Positions 59,213 through 64,000 of a stretch of DNA of 64,000 bases are shown piece by piece. The first letter of the stretch is position 1; every line of letters starts with the position of its first letter. Origin of the DNA: Nibricoccus sp. (GTDB lineage Bacteria; Verrucomicrobiota; Verrucomicrobiia; Opitutales; Opitutaceae); assembly GCA_047602425.1 (NCBI GenBank), contig JASGHG010000001.1, positions 96,001-160,000 on the forward strand, given 5' to 3'. The notes below the pieces were generated by a model, which searched no databases, had not been told where the DNA came from, and was given only the letters and a program-made list of their open reading frames with translations. A program made the position numbers and the translations under genes.

Positions 59213-60097
59213 TCAATACACCACTTTGTTCAGCGGGTATTCGACAATGCCTTCGGCACCAAGCGATTTGAGCAGCGGAATGATTTCGCGGACCACGCTT
59301 TCGTCGATGATCGTCTCCAGCGCGACCCATTCGGGCGAACTGAGCGGCGAGATCGTCGGATTGCGCAACGAAGGCACGGCTTTGATGATTTTCTCAAGCG
59401 AAGCCTTAGGCGCGTTCATCTTGAGACCGACCTTGCTTTGCGCTTCGAGAGCGCCGATGAGCAGCAGCGCAATCGTCTCGATCTTCTTGCGCTTGGCGGG
59501 ATTGGCCCAGCTGGCCTTGTTGGCGATGAGCTTGGTGTTGGTGTAAAGCAGCGTGTCGACGATGCGGAGCTTGTTCGCGCGGAGCGAGCTGCCCGTTTCC
59601 GTGATATCGACGATGGCGTCGACAAGATCGGGCACTTTGACCTCGGTGGCGCCCCAGGAGAATTCGACGAGAGCGTCGACCTTCTTCTCGGCGAAGTAGC
59701 GTTTGACGGTGTTAACCAGTTCGGTTGCGACGCGTTTGCCGGCAAGGTCGGCAGCCGATTTGATCGGCGAAGCTTCGGGCACGCAGAGAACCCAACGCGA
59801 CTTTTGGACCGAGGCTTTGCTGTAAATGAGATCGCAGACCTCCACGACATCGGACTCGTTTTCCTTAACCCAATCGTAGCCGGTCAGGCCGCAATCGAAG
59901 AACCCATGTTCCACATAGCGGCTCACTTCCTGAGCGCGGACAAAACGGCCGTCGAGTTCCGGGTCGTCGATCGACGGCTTGTACGAACGCGAGCTGGTGG
60001 TGATTTTCCAACCGGCCTTCGCGAACAGGTTTTTCGTGGATTCCTCGAGGCTACCCTTGGGCAACCCGAGCATGAGTAGAGGTGTTACGTCAGGCAC
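59213..60097 (-). CDS. hisG: ATP phosphoribosyltransferase (long form)
   Basis: [44 protein letters not shown]; start (GTG 60097) approximate. Confidence 0.93.
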   Translation of the reverse strand: MPDVTPLLMLGLPKGSLEESTKNLFAKAGWKITTSSRSYKPSIDDPELDGRFVRAQEVSRYVEHGFFDCGLTGYDWVKENESDVVEVCDLIYSKASVQKSRWVLCVPEASPIKSAADLAGKRVATELVNTVKRYFAEKKVDALVEFSWGATEVKVPDLVDAIVDITETGSSLRANKLRIVDTLLYTNTKLIANKASWANPAKRKKIETIALLLIGALEAQSKVGLKMNAPKASLEKIIKAVPSLRNPTISPLSSPEWVALETIIDESVVREIIPLLKSLGAEGIVEYPLNKVVY

Positions 60098-60255
60098 GCG
60101 CCCAAGGCACACGGGCGAATCCCCTGCTTCAAGTTTTTTCGCCGCACGGACCGGTACAGTGGGCTCCTGCGGCCGAAACTATTTTTACATTTCATCGCAG
60201 TTTCTTTTGACAACAGGGCACCACTTTGTAAAAAAGATGTCCGTTACCCCCCTCT

Positions 60256-61005
60256 ATGCGTTCAGCACCAAAACCACTGATTCTGGTTGTAGAAGATGAG
60301 GAAGAGCTCGCAAAGCTTATTGCTATCCACCTCGAAGAGGCGGGGATGCAAACTCAAGTTTACAACCGTTGCGCGCACGCCCTGCGCTTTTTGAAGAAGA
60401 ATTTCGCCAACCTTCTCCTTTTGGACGTAAATTTGCCGGATCAGTCAGGCTTCCAACTTCTGGAGGAGCTCAAGAAAAGTGATATCTCGGTCCCCACGAT
60501 CTTCGTGACCGGTAACTCGCTCGAAACGAGCAAAGTCCGCGGTCTCGAGATGGGCGGCGACGACTACATCACCAAGCCCTTCAGCTATCCAGAACTCGTT
60601 GCGCGCATACACGCTGTGTTGCGCCGCGCCGAGTCGGTCAGCGACTTCAACGTCACCAAAAACGCCAAGGTCAGCGACCAGCCGTTCGACTTCTGCGGCG
60701 CCAAAGTCACGCCCGACCGCCTTGAGATCGAGTTCCCCAACGCCACCATCACCAAGATCGGCCGCAAGGAACTGGGCATTCTCTCCTACTTGAACGACAA
60801 CCAAGGCATCGTCATCACGCGTAAGGCCCTAATCCATGCCGTCTGGGGCATTCACGCCGACGTGAAGAGCCGCTCGCTCGACCAGTACATCGTCAAAGTT
60901 CGCGATCTGTTCAAAACCAATGGCCTCAGCCTCGACACCTTCCGCACCGTTCACAGCGTCGGCTACATCTTCGACCCGAAAGGCGTTTCGCAAGAAGGCC
61001 GGTAA
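60256..61005 (+). CDS. OmpR-family response regulator (no adjacent kinase)
   Basis: VVEDE, LLDVNLPD, GGDDYITKPF, winged-helix C-terminus TVHSVGY. Confidence 0.92.
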   Translation: MRSAPKPLILVVEDEEELAKLIAIHLEEAGMQTQVYNRCAHALRFLKKNFANLLLLDVNLPDQSGFQLLEELKKSDISVPTIFVTGNSLETSKVRGLEMGGDDYITKPFSYPELVARIHAVLRRAESVSDFNVTKNAKVSDQPFDFCGAKVTPDRLEIEFPNATITKIGRKELGILSYLNDNQGIVITRKALIHAVWGIHADVKSRSLDQYIVKVRDLFKTNGLSLDTFRTVHSVGYIFDPKGVSQEGR

Positions 61006-61046
61006 AAAAACAAAAAGTTTCAACAGGGCTGTCCACAACACACCCG

Positions 61047-61076
61047 AAAACGCCGCTTTCGAGCGGCGTTTTTTTT
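61047..61076 (+). terminator. Rho-independent terminator (probably bidirectional)
   Basis: AAAACGCCGCT-ttcg-AGCGGCGTTTTTTTT between convergent genes. Confidence 0.85.
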
Positions 61077-61094
61077 GGCTCGGCGAAACTTGCT

Positions 61095-61577
61095 CTACCC
61101 TTTCCGTTTCCGAAAAACCCCGCGGAAGCACCAGGCAATCAGCACAACATTCGCGACCGCCATCTCAACCGGCAAAGGTGGCAAGCGCCGGCAGGCCAGT
61201 CCGAACACAACGAATCCAGCCACCATAAAAACAAGATCCGCCCCGCGCGCCGCTTTTTCTTTCCAAAGCAAAAATGCCAGCGAACTCCAGACGGCCAGCG
61301 CCGCCACGGCCGCGAGCCAGAAAAACCGCACCGCCATTTCCATCCGTCCGTCGCGCACGAGCAGCACGGCCACGAGCCAGAAGAGCACTTCGTTGAAGAA
61401 CAAAAAGCCTGTCGCCAGAGCCGAAACGAGATGGGCGTTCACCGGAAACTGTCCTTTCTCGTCGACCGGCACGCGGCTCAACATCGCGCAGCCCGTGCAG
61501 CAAAAATACTCGCGGCCCGGGTCCACGCGCCGGACTTTGAATGGCAATCCGCAGTAATGACACGGAACGCGCTCCAC
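61095..61577 (-). CDS. Small membrane protein with N-terminal metal-binding Cys cluster
   Basis: CHYCGLP...YFCCTGC, like the N-terminal metal-binding domain of some P-type ATPases, followed by ~4 TM helices. Confidence 0.7.
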   Translation of the reverse strand: MERVPCHYCGLPFKVRRVDPGREYFCCTGCAMLSRVPVDEKGQFPVNAHLVSALATGFLFFNEVLFWLVAVLLVRDGRMEMAVRFFWLAAVAALAVWSSLAFLLWKEKAARGADLVFMVAGFVVFGLACRRLPPLPVEMAVANVVLIAWCFRGVFRKRKG

Positions 61578-61580
61578 GAT

Positions 61581-62042
61581 TTACTCCTCCGCCTCCGGCG
61601 TATCCAAATGTTGGATAATCAACTCCTGCAATGTGGCCAGAAACAGATAACACATGAAGAATTTTCGCACGGCCTCGGGCAATTTCTCGATTTCGATATC
61701 GCCCGACTCCAATGTCTCATCGGCGATTCCTTTCAGATATTCCTCGCGCAGCCGCAATCGCACCGCAGAACAAGCACGCACCACCGGCTCTCCGTTGTCC
61801 TCGTCGAAAATGATTATGCCACTCGCAAAGAATTCCTTGTTAAACAACGCAAGCAATCGGGCGATGTCGCCATTTTGCGAACCGAGCAGTTCCTCATGCC
61901 AGAACTCGCGCATGTCCGAATCGACCGCACCCATTTCAAGCGGCGCTGCGAGACGTTTGTCCAACGAATCGGCGACGGCTTTCACGGCGTCAAGCAAGGG
62001 TGCAACCACGGACAGGCTGAGTCTGACTTCAATTCGCTTCAT
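61581..62042 (-). CDS. DUF2017-like protein
   Basis: Helical acidic protein with RACSAVRLRL and YLFLATLQELII; downstream of clpC. Confidence 0.6.
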   Translation of the reverse strand: MKRIEVRLSLSVVAPLLDAVKAVADSLDKRLAAPLEMGAVDSDMREFWHEELLGSQNGDIARLLALFNKEFFASGIIIFDEDNGEPVVRACSAVRLRLREEYLKGIADETLESGDIEIEKLPEAVRKFFMCYLFLATLQELIIQHLDTPEAEE

Positions 62043-62263
62043 CGGAGCACTCGTTGAAAGCCCAAGCATAGCTTCGTTGCACGCCGAATTTCGTAAAATC
62101 GCTCACACCGGCTGTCGCGCCGCGAGGTTGTGTTGCCTCAGTTAAGTCGCACCGTCCGTTACCGCACATCCCTTTGGTTCTGCCTTAATGGTTTGTCATT
62201 TCCGAGATGTAAAGGACTCAAGCTGTCGTGGGATGACGTTTTATATTAAAGGCATGAGAGTCA

Positions 62264-62300
62264 AAAACCGTTTGTCATCTAATGAATGACAAACGGTTTT
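62264..62300. repeat. Perfect 15-bp inverted repeat
   Basis: AAAACCGTTTGTCAT-ctaatga-ATGACAAACGGTTTT. Confidence 0.85.
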
Positions 62301-62368
62301 GTGGAAGTTGCTCAAAACTAGCGGCCGATGGAGTGCGAAATCTGGGGGGGTATGCAAACAGGCACCAT

Positions 62369-62397
62369 AAAAAAGGCCGCTCGTTGAAGAGCGGCCT
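62369..62397 (-). terminator. Rho-independent terminator of clpC
   Basis: Minus strand AGGCCGCTC-ttcaac-GAGCGGCCT followed by a T-tract. Confidence 0.8.
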
Positions 62398-62421
62398 CGC
62401 AAAAATATCTCTGGCGTCAGG

Positions 62422-64000
<1,579 letters not shown>

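Noticed and set aside
60207..60235. Sigma-70 promoter for the response regulator (perfect TTGACA)
   Set aside because: No convincing -10 element at 16-18 bp spacing, so it was not called.

Overview
Bacterial chromosomal window, mostly GC-rich. Gene content and pyrimidine-rich leaders without Shine-Dalgarno motifs suggest Verrucomicrobiota (Opitutaceae-like); this is an inference. Left to right: (1) a DUF3142 gene pair; (2) a minus-strand glycan cluster (XylR/AraC regulator, DUF362-propeller fusion, GH43, GH39, GH2); (3) a TPR-M48 peptidase and a ~2380-aa RCC1/FG-GAP/HYR/Ig surface protein; (4) a DEAD/DEAH helicase with two in-frame repeat insertions; (5) an ECF sigma/anti-sigma/Tat-nitroreductase operon; (6) a four-gene operon resembling a divergent chaperone-usher pilus system, then a TonB-dependent receptor; (7) a more AT-rich accessory island (~34.5-42.2 kb) with an orphan ParA/hypothetical/HEPN-like triad, a degenerate 21-bp palindromic array upstream of a small basic gene, an SDR and an atypical papain-like peptidase; (8) a response regulator/cupredoxin-like/kinase/beta-barrel module bracketed by two secreted-protein genes sharing a 21-bp upstream motif; (9) a two-gene cassette flanked by inverted repeats; (10) tandem PL9-like lyases with 54- and 48-Ser linkers; (11) core genes (family-B DNA polymerase, aguA, aguB, hisG, OmpR-type regulator, clpC 3' part). 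No rRNA, tRNA, CRISPR array or intact transposase was recognised. Best candidates for undescribed systems: the ParA-X-HEPN triad, the 21-bp array with its downstream gene, and the cupredoxin-coupled two-component regulon. All product calls come from motif recognition by eye, with no database searches.
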